This document shows, piece after piece, positions 47,674 through 56,640 of a DNA stretch of 64,000 nucleotides; position 1 is the first letter of the stretch, and each line of letters begins with the position of its first letter. The DNA comes from a virus: IMG/VR virus record IMGVR_UViG_3300025151_000017, positions 1 to 64,000 of that record; one strand, 5' to 3'. A program made the position numbers and the translations under genes. The notes beneath the pieces were generated by a model. It saw only the letters and a program-made list of their open reading frames with translations. It was not told the origin of the DNA and made no database searches.

Positions 47674-48612
47674 ATGGATGAACAATTTATTTGGGTCGAG
47701 AAATATCGACCACAAACTATTGATGAGTGTGTCTTACCAGAGAGTTTAAAAGATACATTCAAAGAGTTTATTGCAAGTGGGCAACTACCGAACTTTCTGT
47801 TCTGTGGTTCAGCTGGTTGTGGTAAGACCACAGTAGCCAGAGCACTTTGCAATGAAGTCGGTGCTGAGTATCTGTTCATTAATGGATCGGAGGAATCTGG
47901 CATTGATGTGATACGAACTAAAATCAAAAACTTTGCTTCGTCTGTTTCCCTGACAGACTCAAAGAAAATCGTTATTCTTGATGAAGCTGATTATCTAAAT
48001 CCGAACAGTACTCAGCCAGCACTAAGAGCATTTATCGAAGAGTTCTCTGGGAACTGTCGATTTATCTTCACTTGTAATTTTAAGAATAGGATTATTGAGC
48101 CACTACATTCTAGGTGTGCTGTTATTGAGTTTAGAACTACTGCTAAACAAAAACCAGCAGTTGCTACAGCTTTCTTCAAAAGAGTCACTGATATTCTTGC
48201 TAAGGAAGGTATAGAGCATGACCAGAAGGCAGTCTTAGAACTAATACAAAAACACTTCCCTGACTTTCGTAGAGTACTAAACGAACTACAAAGATATTCA
48301 GTATCAGGTAGGATAGACTCTGGTGTTATGATTAATGTCAGTGAAGACTCTTGGAATAATCTGTTCTCGCTACTGAAAGATAAGAACTTTAAAGAAGTTC
48401 GTAAATGGGTCACAGCAAATGGTGACATTGAAACAACACAATTATTTTCTGATTTATTTAACAATGCTAATGATAAACTGACTGCCGAGTCTGTACCACA
48501 ACTGGTATTAATCTTGGCTGACTATCAGTACAAAGCAGCATTTGTGGCTGACCATGAACTGAATAAAATGGCAGCACTTACAGAGATAATGGCATCCTGT
48601 AAGTTTAAATAA
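47674..48612 (+). CDS. gp44: Clamp loader large subunit gp44
   Basis: WVEKYRP, GSAGCGKTT, DEAD and LHSRC. Confidence 0.95.
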   Translation: MDEQFIWVEKYRPQTIDECVLPESLKDTFKEFIASGQLPNFLFCGSAGCGKTTVARALCNEVGAEYLFINGSEESGIDVIRTKIKNFASSVSLTDSKKIVILDEADYLNPNSTQPALRAFIEEFSGNCRFIFTCNFKNRIIEPLHSRCAVIEFRTTAKQKPAVATAFFKRVTDILAKEGIEHDQKAVLELIQKHFPDFRRVLNELQRYSVSGRIDSGVMINVSEDSWNNLFSLLKDKNFKEVRKWVTANGDIETTQLFSDLFNNANDKLTAESVPQLVLILADYQYKAAFVADHELNKMAALTEIMASCKFK

Positions 48613-48995
48613 TGGCAAATCCATTTCTATACATAAATAATATCACTAACGACAAGAAGGATTTATTTAAGGATAATCCTCTTGCTGACAAAGACTATGC
48701 ACCTTTTATAGTCAATCGTGGTCTAGGATATTTTCCTGATACTATTATGCAAGCAAACCTGATGAATAGGTATGGAGACATCCCTAAGTCTTGGCAATAC
48801 TATTTTTTACTAAATACTATTACAAAAGGCAAAAGGTTTTCGAAGTGGCATAAAGCTGAAAAGCAGACCGAGTCCTTAAAGCTGGTCATGGAATATTATG
48901 GATATTCACCAGATAAGGCTCGTCAGGTAATGGATATATTAACAACTGACCAGATGAGCATAATTAAAGAAAGATTAAATAAAGGTGGTAAATAA
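48612..48995 (+). CDS. gp62: Clamp loader small subunit gp62
   Basis: YAPFIVNRGL, KRFSKW and YYGYS. Confidence 0.9.
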   Translation: MANPFLYINNITNDKKDLFKDNPLADKDYAPFIVNRGLGYFPDTIMQANLMNRYGDIPKSWQYYFLLNTITKGKRFSKWHKAEKQTESLKLVMEYYGYSPDKARQVMDILTTDQMSIIKERLNKGGK

Positions 48996-48996
48996 A

Positions 48997-49413
48997 ATGT
49001 CAGTTGAAATGATACATTACGATTGGTCGCCAGAGTCGATGTTAGAAGTCACTCTGCCTGAACCAGATAATTTTTTAAAGGTGAGAGAAACTTTAACGAG
49101 GATAGGAATCTCTTCTCGCACAGAGAACAAGCTATTTCAATCTTGCCATATTCTTCACAAGCAAGGCAAGTATTTCATAGTACACTTCAAAGAACTTTTT
49201 GCATTAGATGGCAAAGAATCTAATATAGCCAATAATGATATTGAAAGAAGAAATACAATTGCTGTACTATTACAGGATTGGGAACTCTTAAAAATTGTGA
49301 AACCTGAGCAAGCAGAGCCAAAAGCATCCTTGTCTCAGATTAAGGTTTTATCCCATAAAGATAAATCTTCTTGGGAATTAGTACCTAAATATAACATTGG
49401 TAAAAAGAAATAG
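48997..49413 (+). CDS. regA: Translational repressor RegA
   Basis: DNFLKVRETLTRIG and QSCHILHKQGKYFIVHFKELFALDG. Confidence 0.95.
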   Translation: MSVEMIHYDWSPESMLEVTLPEPDNFLKVRETLTRIGISSRTENKLFQSCHILHKQGKYFIVHFKELFALDGKESNIANNDIERRNTIAVLLQDWELLKIVKPEQAEPKASLSQIKVLSHKDKSSWELVPKYNIGKKK

Positions 49414-49421
49414 GAGAGTAA

Positions 49422-50669
49422 ATGGCTGACGCAAAGATTAGTGAACTTCCAGTACTAGCGACCCCAGAGTCCATTGATAAACTACTGATTGTTGACACTT
49501 CCGAATCTACTACAAAACACATTACATATGGAAGTTTGGTTTCTACCTTACAAGGTGCCAATGTAACACTTGCTGCACTAGGTGATGTAAACCTTACTGG
49601 ATTGTCTAATGGTAATGTAATTAAATACAATGCTTCTGCTAACGAATGGCAACCAGGCAGTGACACAGCTGGTATCTTATATACTGACTTGTCAGCAATT
49701 AATGCTTCGGCATCTGGTGGTGGTTCTTTAGCATTTAACAATGTCACAGGTGTATTTACTAATACTCCACCTGACTTGTCGTCATTCATTACAGCTTCAT
49801 CTACCGATACACTAACTAACAAATCTGGTAATATATCAATGTTCACTAATAACAGTGGATATATTACAGCATCTTCATCTGATACTCTTACCAACAAAGC
49901 TGGTAATATATCAATGTTTACTAATGATGCTAATTACCTGACCACAACATCAACTAGTACACTAACAAATAAAACTATTGATGCTGACGCAACAGGAAAC
50001 TCTATTACAAATTTAGAAGATGCTAACATAAAAGCATCTGCTGCGATTGACGCAACTAAGATTGCTGATGGCTCAGTCACAAATACTGAGTTTCAACATC
50101 TTAGTACTGTGACTGGTAATGTACAAACACAGATAGATGCTAAAGCAGATACTTCTTCGCTGGCAGCATCAGCAACTACCGATACCACTAATGCTTCTAA
50201 TATAGGAAGTGGCACATTAAACAAAGCTAGACTGCCTGCATCTATAGACGCAGATACTACTGGAAATGCAGCAACAGCAACCTCTGCTACAACTGCTACT
50301 AACACAACAAATTTACCTAGCACAACTCTAGGAGACAACCAAACTTATATCATGGCTTATATTTTTGATGCTGGAGCAGGAACGAATATGTATTCTATTG
50401 CTGTTAATGGTACTGTGTCTGGAGATAAATTATATGTATCAGCATTTACCCCAACAACAACAGACATCGGTCCAGGGTATCAAGGAAATTTTCAACCACC
50501 AGCAACTGCTTCAGGAGATAATGCTGGGGACAATATTAATATATGGACACAAGTAGACTCTGGTGGTACAAGCACTTGGAGAAACATGGGTCCACAAGCT
50601 GCAGTTTCGTACGATCCTGCTGGTAGTGATTGGTACAAAGTACCAGCATTATTCGTGAGGATCTCGTAA
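49422..50669 (+). CDS. Fibre-like structural protein inserted in the replication module
   Basis: MADAKISELP, LGDVN, TLTNK repeats and IGSGTLNKARLP; late promoter at 49385. Confidence 0.6.
   Translation: MADAKISELPVLATPESIDKLLIVDTSESTTKHITYGSLVSTLQGANVTLAALGDVNLTGLSNGNVIKYNASANEWQPGSDTAGILYTDLSAINASASGGGSLAFNNVTGVFTNTPPDLSSFITASSTDTLTNKSGNISMFTNNSGYITASSSDTLTNKAGNISMFTNDANYLTTTSTSTLTNKTIDADATGNSITNLEDANIKASAAIDATKIADGSVTNTEFQHLSTVTGNVQTQIDAKADTSSLAASATTDTTNASNIGSGTLNKARLPASIDADTTGNAATATSATTATNTTNLPSTTLGDNQTYIMAYIFDAGAGTNMYSIAVNGTVSGDKLYVSAFTPTTTDIGPGYQGNFQPPATASGDNAGDNINIWTQVDSGGTSTWRNMGPQAAVSYDPAGSDWYKVPALFVRIS
49788..49975 (+). repeat. ~75-bp coding tandem repeat (about 2.5 copies)
   Basis: ITASSTDTLTNKSGNISMFTNNSGY / ITASSSDTLTNKAGNISMFTNDANY / LTTTSTSTLTNKT; ggtaatatatcaatgtt is repeated. 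Confidence 0.8.
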
Positions 50670-50687
50670 AAAAATTTATATAAAGGA

Positions 50688-50715
50688 CTTGAAATTTTTG
50701 TAATGATACCTATAT
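50688..50715 (+). promoter_or_regulatory. RpoH (sigma32)-type heat-shock promoter
   Basis: CTTG(AAA)-N17-CCTATAT upstream of hsp20. Confidence 0.7.
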
Positions 50716-50723
50716 ATAATGTA

Positions 50724-50782
50724 GAGAATGCCATAATGGGTTCTCGTAATTTAAACTCGCTTCATAAAGGAGGAAAACTATG
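50724..50782 (+). promoter_or_regulatory. ROSE-like RNA thermometer in the hsp20 5'UTR
   Basis: Hairpin gagaa..cc/gggttctc, then CTCGCTT-cata-AAGGAG occluding the SD with the U(U/C)GCU motif. Confidence 0.65.
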
Positions 50783-51202
50783 AACGCAACTTTTAATGTT
50801 TGGAGAGACACTTCTCCATTTTCTATTGGCTTTGACAATCTATTTGATACATTCGATAGAGTTAATGCTATTCACAAATCAGAAAGCTACCCACCATACA
50901 ATATCAAAAAACTCAGCGATGAGAAGTTTGCTATTGAAATGGCTGTGGCTGGATTTTCTAAAAAAGATATTACAGTTGAACATCAGGAGAACACTTTGAC
51001 AATCAAGTCAGTGCCTTCTGAAACTAAAACTGAAGAGGAATATGTACATCAAGGTATTTCTAAAAGAAACTTTACTCGTACATTTACAGTCGCCGATGAT
51101 GTAGTAGTCAAAGGTGCTTCTCTAAAAGACGGAATGCTTTCTGTCGAACTCGAAAGGATTATTCCTGAAGAGAAAAAACTTAAAGTCATCGACATTAAGT
51201 AA
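50780..51202 (+). CDS. hsp20: Small heat-shock protein Hsp20 (IbpA-like)
   Basis: SYPPYNI, EMAVAGF, GISKRNFTRTF and LKDGML. Confidence 0.95.
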   Translation: MNATFNVWRDTSPFSIGFDNLFDTFDRVNAIHKSESYPPYNIKKLSDEKFAIEMAVAGFSKKDITVEHQENTLTIKSVPSETKTEEEYVHQGISKRNFTRTFTVADDVVVKGASLKDGMLSVELERIIPEEKKLKVIDIK

Positions 51203-51210
51203 TTAACCAA

Positions 51211-51244
51211 GTCCCTCCTCCCGATGGAGGAGGGCACCACTTTA
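51211..51244 (+). terminator. GC-rich hairpin after hsp20 (probable terminator or processing stem)
   Basis: ccctcctcc-cgat-ggaggaggg; T-tract is weak. Confidence 0.5.
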
Positions 51245-51257
51245 ATATGGAGATATT

Positions 51258-51572
51258 ATGAAAGAAGATAAAATTAAATTGTTTATGATGAACTCAGGTG
51301 AGATCGTTGTAGCTGAAGTGATTGATGCAGGTCCAGAGCATTTTGAAACTAATATGCCAAGTATGCTAGTGACCGAAGCACCAAATGAACAAGGTAAATC
51401 CCAAGTTGGCTTGGCACCTTACTGTCCATATGGCGACCCAAATAACTCTATTACTTTTTACAAGAACTCTATTCAATCGGTTGTAAATCCAACCAAACAA
51501 CTTAAAGACGAATATAAAAGGATCTGGGGCAGTCCTAGTATTGTGACTCCCGAAAAAAAACTAATTGTATAA
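51258..51572 (+). CDS. Conserved T4-like hypothetical protein (Sm-like)
   Basis: IKLFMMNSGEIVVAEV...YKRIWGSPSIVTP; usual position between hsp20 and gp43. Confidence 0.6.
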   Translation: MKEDKIKLFMMNSGEIVVAEVIDAGPEHFETNMPSMLVTEAPNEQGKSQVGLAPYCPYGDPNNSITFYKNSIQSVVNPTKQLKDEYKRIWGSPSIVTPEKKLIV

Positions 51573-51608
51573 CTTTACTTTTAACTTAAAAAGGAGTAGA
51601 GTTATATT

Positions 51609-54092
51609 ATGAAGTTTTATACCAATGTTCATCCGCATGGTAATCAGCTTCTTGTCAGGTATATTTCAGGTGGCAAGAGACGAGCTGAAAAGATACCATT
51701 CAAACCTAGTGTCTGGGTGACACGAGGTAAAGGTGAAACACCATACAAAACTCTAAAAGGGCAACCTGCCTATAAAATCCAACAAGCAAGTATTAAAGAT
51801 GCTAAAGACTTCGTTCGTCAATACGAAGAAGTTATGGAAGTGCATGGTCAAACTCAATGGCATTATCAATATATGCACGATGAGTTTAAGAATGATATTG
51901 AATGGGATAAAGAACTAATTAAGATTTGGTCAATAGATATTGAGACTGAAACTGAAGAAGGGTTTCCGAATATTGAAAGAGCCAATGAAAAACTGCTTCT
52001 TATTACTGTACAAGATAATCACTCAAAAGAGATTGTCACTTTTGGTACTAAAGAATATACAGGCGACGCAAGGCAACATGATAATTGGCGATATGTATAT
52101 TGTCGTGATGAAAAGATTTTATTTCACAAGTTTCTAGATTACTGGATTGAAAATTATCCTGATGTAATTACAGGTTGGAACTCTCAGTTTTTTGACCTCG
52201 CATATTTATGGCGACGCATGTGTCATGTTATTGGTGAAGACCATGCTCGTAGATTGTCTCCCTGGAAGATTGTACATGAAAGAGAGATATATGTAAAAGG
52301 TAATAAAGAGTTCGCCATAGCAATCGCAGGTATTGCTCAGCTTGATTATCTTGACCTCTACAAAAAATATACTTACACAGCACAAGAGTCTTATCGTCTA
52401 GATAATATTGCATTCGTTGAACTTGGTCAAAAGAAACTTGACCATAGTGAGTATGCAACCTTCTCAGAGTTTTATAAAAACGACTGGAATAAATTCGTAG
52501 ATTATAATGTCATTGATACTGTATTGGTTGATAGACTAGAAGATAAAATGAAGCTGATTGAACTTCAGCTTACTATGGCATATAATGCTAAGATTAATTA
52601 TGATGATGTATTCTCTCAGGTTCGTATGTGGGACATGATTGTTCACAACTATCTGATGAAAGTAAATGTGGTAATACCACCCAAGTCTAGTAAAGATAAA
52701 TCAACACAGTTTGAAGGAGCATTTGTAAAAGAGCCACTTATCGGATTACATAAGTGGGTTGCTTCGTTTGACTTGAACTCGCTATATCCACACTTGATTA
52801 TGCAGTACAACATATCTCCCGAAACCTTACAACAGGAATCTGTTGAAAAAGGTGTTGACCATTATCTTAAAAACCCTGCTAAAGATTCTGAGTATGCTGT
52901 TGCTGCAAATGGTTCGCAATACAGAAAAGACTTTAGAGGTGTGTTCCCTAGTATTATGGAGGACTTCTATAACCAGAGGAAAGTTGCCAAGAAAGAAATG
53001 CTTCAGGCACAACAGTTGTATGAAAATGAAAACGATCCTCGCCAACTAAAAGTAATATCAAGCAAGAACAATTATCAGATGGGTATGAAGATTGCTCTTA
53101 ACTCTGCTTATGGTGCACTTGGTAATCAATACTTTAGATACTTTGATTTAAAAATGGCTGAAGCTATTACCACCTCTGGTCAACTATCTATCCGATGGAT
53201 ACATGATAGAATGAATGATTATCTAAACAAAATAATTGGTACAGATAATGAAGACTATATTATTGCTGTTGATACAGATTCTATTTATGTCACATTTGAG
53301 AAACTTGTTGATAAGGTTATGGGAGAAAAACAATCTGACATAAATAAAACTATTAAGTTCCTAGACACCATTTGTAATGAAAAGTTTATGCCATATATAA
53401 ATCAACAGTATGAAGAACTTGCTAAAAGGCAGAATGCTTTTGCTAACAAGATGGTAATGGAAAGAGAAGTTCTAGCTGATAAAGGTTTATGGACAGCTAA
53501 GAAAAGATATGTTCTTTCAGTATATAATTCAGAAGGTGTATCTTATAAAAAACCTAAGATGAAGATTATGGGTTTAGAGATGATTAAATCATCTACTCCC
53601 CATTCTGTTCGTGAGTTGTTGAAAGAAGCTATACCAACGATTCTTCATGGTGGTCAAAATGATTTGTATAAATTTATTGAGGATGCTAGAACACAATTTA
53701 ACTCTCTTCCTGTTGAAGAGATTGCTTTTCCTAGATCGGTAAATGGTTTGAAAAACTATCGTGACAGCATGAGCATATATCGCAAAGCAACTCCTATTCA
53801 TGTAAGAGGTGCCTTGCTCTACAATCATTACTTGAAGGAAAAGAACATTACTCTCAGATATAATGATATTAAAGAGGGTGAAAAAATCAAGTTTGTATAT
53901 CTTAAAAAACCTAATGTCATCAGGGAGAATGTTATATCCTTCCTAGATGTCGTGCCTAAAGAGTTCGGTATTCATGAATATGTGGACTATGACCTGATGT
54001 TTGAGAAGGTGTTTTTAGATCCCATTGAGATTATGGTACAGAGTCTAGGCTGGAAAGTAAGTCAAACAGCGAGTCTTGAGGACTTCTTCTAG
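51609..54092 (+). CDS. gp43: DNA polymerase gp43 (family B)
   Basis: DIETE exonuclease, SFDLNSLYP, KIALNSAYG and DTDS; promoter at 51574. Confidence 0.97.
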   Translation: MKFYTNVHPHGNQLLVRYISGGKRRAEKIPFKPSVWVTRGKGETPYKTLKGQPAYKIQQASIKDAKDFVRQYEEVMEVHGQTQWHYQYMHDEFKNDIEWDKELIKIWSIDIETETEEGFPNIERANEKLLLITVQDNHSKEIVTFGTKEYTGDARQHDNWRYVYCRDEKILFHKFLDYWIENYPDVITGWNSQFFDLAYLWRRMCHVIGEDHARRLSPWKIVHEREIYVKGNKEFAIAIAGIAQLDYLDLYKKYTYTAQESYRLDNIAFVELGQKKLDHSEYATFSEFYKNDWNKFVDYNVIDTVLVDRLEDKMKLIELQLTMAYNAKINYDDVFSQVRMWDMIVHNYLMKVNVVIPPKSSKDKSTQFEGAFVKEPLIGLHKWVASFDLNSLYPHLIMQYNISPETLQQESVEKGVDHYLKNPAKDSEYAVAANGSQYRKDFRGVFPSIMEDFYNQRKVAKKEMLQAQQLYENENDPRQLKVISSKNNYQMGMKIALNSAYGALGNQYFRYFDLKMAEAITTSGQLSIRWIHDRMNDYLNKIIGTDNEDYIIAVDTDSIYVTFEKLVDKVMGEKQSDINKTIKFLDTICNEKFMPYINQQYEELAKRQNAFANKMVMEREVLADKGLWTAKKRYVLSVYNSEGVSYKKPKMKIMGLEMIKSSTPHSVRELLKEAIPTILHGGQNDLYKFIEDARTQFNSLPVEEIAFPRSVNGLKNYRDSMSIYRKATPIHVRGALLYNHYLKEKNITLRYNDIKEGEKIKFVYLKKPNVIRENVISFLDVVPKEFGIHEYVDYDLMFEKVFLDPIEIMVQSLGWKVSQTASLEDFF

Positions 54093-54131
54093 ACCTTTAC
54101 TTTTAAGTTTTTTTAGGGTAGAATGATAATA

Positions 54132-54425
54132 ATGAAAAAATTAATTGCTATATCGATGATGCTCGGAGTGACTATGTGTGCTCCACCAGCTTATTCTGCA
54201 CCGATGACTAAGGTATATGGTCCAAACTGTACGACTGAGACTACTTCTATTGTACAGAATGGTATTATTGTATCGGAGATCGTCACAACTAAATGTAAAG
54301 AAGAAACTCAACAGGGTCGTCAAAAGTTTGACCCAGAGAATAATCCTTCTGACGCATTACTAAATGAAGCAGCAAAGCTGGGTATGTACACCATCTTTAT
54401 TAAATTAATTACTGAAATGAACTAG
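54132..54425 (+). CDS. Secreted hypothetical protein
   Basis: Signal-peptide-like MKKLIAISMMLGVTMCAPPAYS; promoter at 54096. Confidence 0.55.
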   Translation: MKKLIAISMMLGVTMCAPPAYSAPMTKVYGPNCTTETTSIVQNGIIVSEIVTTKCKEETQQGRQKFDPENNPSDALLNEAAKLGMYTIFIKLITEMN

Positions 54426-54435
54426 AGGATATATT

Positions 54436-54555
54436 ATGAAAATAATTATTGGGATTGCTATTGGGATTGGTATTACTTACTTCTATCCTGAAATGGCAAA
54501 TAATATAATTGAAATCGTGAAGGAGGTTAGTGATGTCATCATTTCAAAAGTATAA
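54436..54555 (+). CDS. Small membrane protein (39 aa)
   Basis: MKIIIGIAIGIGITYFYPEMANNIIEIVKEVSDVIISKV; GAGG RBS. Confidence 0.5.
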   Translation: MKIIIGIAIGIGITYFYPEMANNIIEIVKEVSDVIISKV

Positions 54556-55087
54556 AATCATACCAGTTCTTGGTATGTTAGTATTTCTTGCAGCATGCTC
54601 GACTACTAAAATTGCAACTGAAGCGAATCGTGATGGGGTACTTAATAAAGTTCCTACATGGTATCTTGAAGCTGAAGTTGAAAAAGGACTAATTAGAAAC
54701 AGGGATGCCGAAGACTTTATTTATGGTGTCGGTTCTTCAGTTTCTTATGACTTACAGTTCGCTCTTGATAAAGCTACTACTATTGCGAAGTCTGATTTGG
54801 CTGACCAAGTAAATGGTAGAATCACTCAAAATGAAAGTATATATAAAGAGGAAGGATCTGGAGAAGGTGAAGACTTAATGGTTGAAAGATCTACAAGTCA
54901 AACAAATAATATCATTACTCCTACTTCACTTCCTGGATATGAAGAGTGGAACAAAGATGTATTCATTACTGCCGATGGTTTGTATCGAGTATATGTTGGT
55001 CTAAAGTGGTCTGAGAAAAACAATCGTTTAGCACCGAAAGTTGAATTGAAAACTATCAACCCAACTGAAGCTGTTCCATCTATTTAA
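54533..55087 (+). CDS. Lipoprotein, LPP20-like
   Basis: Lipobox LAAC, VPTWY, IYGVGSS and AKSDLADQVNG; AGGAGG RBS. Confidence 0.7.
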   Translation: MSSFQKYKIIPVLGMLVFLAACSTTKIATEANRDGVLNKVPTWYLEAEVEKGLIRNRDAEDFIYGVGSSVSYDLQFALDKATTIAKSDLADQVNGRITQNESIYKEEGSGEGEDLMVERSTSQTNNIITPTSLPGYEEWNKDVFITADGLYRVYVGLKWSEKNNRLAPKVELKTINPTEAVPSI

Positions 55088-55105
55088 ACTAAAGGAGATT
55101 AATTT

Positions 55106-56146
55106 ATGGTCGGATATTTAAATGACCTTATAGATAATCTCGGCAACGAGTACGCAGGTGTTGCGGAAAATGCACTAGACTCTGATGTTAATTTTGTAGA
55201 CACAGGGTCTTATGCATTTAATGCGTTGTTGAGTGGATCTATTTATGGAGGACTGCCAGGGAACAAGGTCACTGCCCTTGCTGGAGAAAGTTCTACAGGT
55301 AAAACTTTTTTCGCTCTAGGAGTTGCTAAAAACTTCCTGGATATGGATAAAGAAGCAGGTGTAATATATTTTGAAACAGAGGGTGCACTTACTAAGCAGA
55401 TCCTTGAAGACAGAGATATTGACACAAACAGATTTGTTATTGTACCAGTGACAACTATTCAAGAGTTTCGTACTCAAGCTGTGCGTATTCTTGAAAATCA
55501 TAAATCAGTCCCTGAACCAGCTAGGAAACCAATCCTATTTTGTTTAGACTCTTTGGGTATGCTATCAACTGAAAAAGAAGTAGCAGATGTAGCAGAGGGT
55601 AAGGATACTCGTGATATGACGAGAGCACAATTAGTAAGAGGTGCTTTCAGAGTATTGAGTCTAAAACTCGCACAGCTTGATGTACCAATGATTGTGACCA
55701 ATCATACTTACGATGTAATCGGATCTTATGTGCCTATGAAAGACATGGGTGGTGGAGGTGGCTTAAAGTATGCTGCATCTACAATCGTGTTCTTGGGTAA
55801 AAGTAAAGATCGTGATGGTACAGAAGTTGTAGGTAATATCATAAAAGCTACTACACAAAAATCTAGGTTTACTAAAGAGCAAATGAAAGTTGAATGTAAA
55901 CTTAATTTTGAAACAGGTTTATCTAGATACCATGGACTAATTGACCTCGCAGTCGAAGCAGGTATCTGGGAAAGTGCTGGTGGTCGTATTACTGTAGATG
56001 GTAAAAAAGTATTTGGTAAAGCTATTATGAAAGAGCCAGAAAAGTTTTTTACTGAAGATGTATTGAAACAGATTGACGAACACTGTAAATCTAAATTTAT
56101 GTATGGATCTGATGAGCAAGAAACCGATAACGATACAGGGGAATAA
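55106..56146 (+). CDS. uvsX: RecA-like recombinase UvsX
   Basis: AGESSTGKT, DSLGML, DMTRAQ and MGGGGGLKYAAS. Confidence 0.95.
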   Translation: MVGYLNDLIDNLGNEYAGVAENALDSDVNFVDTGSYAFNALLSGSIYGGLPGNKVTALAGESSTGKTFFALGVAKNFLDMDKEAGVIYFETEGALTKQILEDRDIDTNRFVIVPVTTIQEFRTQAVRILENHKSVPEPARKPILFCLDSLGMLSTEKEVADVAEGKDTRDMTRAQLVRGAFRVLSLKLAQLDVPMIVTNHTYDVIGSYVPMKDMGGGGGLKYAASTIVFLGKSKDRDGTEVVGNIIKATTQKSRFTKEQMKVECKLNFETGLSRYHGLIDLAVEAGIWESAGGRITVDGKKVFGKAIMKEPEKFFTEDVLKQIDEHCKSKFMYGSDEQETDNDTGE

Positions 56147-56609
56147 TCCCGAACAGTACGAACCAATCCACACAGCTGAAGATTATGTGTCTGAGGAGGA
56201 TTACCTTACAGCGAAAGAAGAGTGGGAAAAAGAAAATTACCACACTGATAAATTAAGGGATACCTCTCAGGCACAGCTACCACACGAAATCCTAGAAGAA
56301 ACCAACGAACAAGGATTTATGAAACTTAGGATACTACAAGGTGTCCTAGAGGGTAAGGTTGTGTCTTTTGGTAAAGTATCATTTCAACCTACAGAAGATG
56401 AAACTATCAAACTTGATTACAGTTATGAGATAGAAGGTCCAGATAAATTTAGACCTGTACCAAAGGTTGAAGTGGAGAAAATACTTGGCGACTTTTTAAT
56501 GGCTATGATTAAGGAGCAAATGGAACAAAAGAATATTCTCTTCAAAGGTGGAGAGGATGAAATGAAAAAGGCAGTAGAGCCAGAAACCTTTGAATATAAG
56601 GAAACTTGA
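56112..56609 (+). CDS. Hypothetical protein (gp40 position)
   Basis: Lies between uvsX and gp41; start uncertain. Confidence 0.5.
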   Translation: MSKKPITIQGNNPEQYEPIHTAEDYVSEEDYLTAKEEWEKENYHTDKLRDTSQAQLPHEILEETNEQGFMKLRILQGVLEGKVVSFGKVSFQPTEDETIKLDYSYEIEGPDKFRPVPKVEVEKILGDFLMAMIKEQMEQKNILFKGGEDEMKKAVEPETFEYKET

Positions 56610-56640
56610 TTTTTAACTTTATTTTAAGTAGAATGTAATT

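Noticed and set aside
49788-49975. Tandem repeat as a CRISPR array or DGR template/variable pair
   Set aside because: Coding repeat with mostly synonymous differences, no unique spacers, and no reverse transcriptase or cas gene in the window
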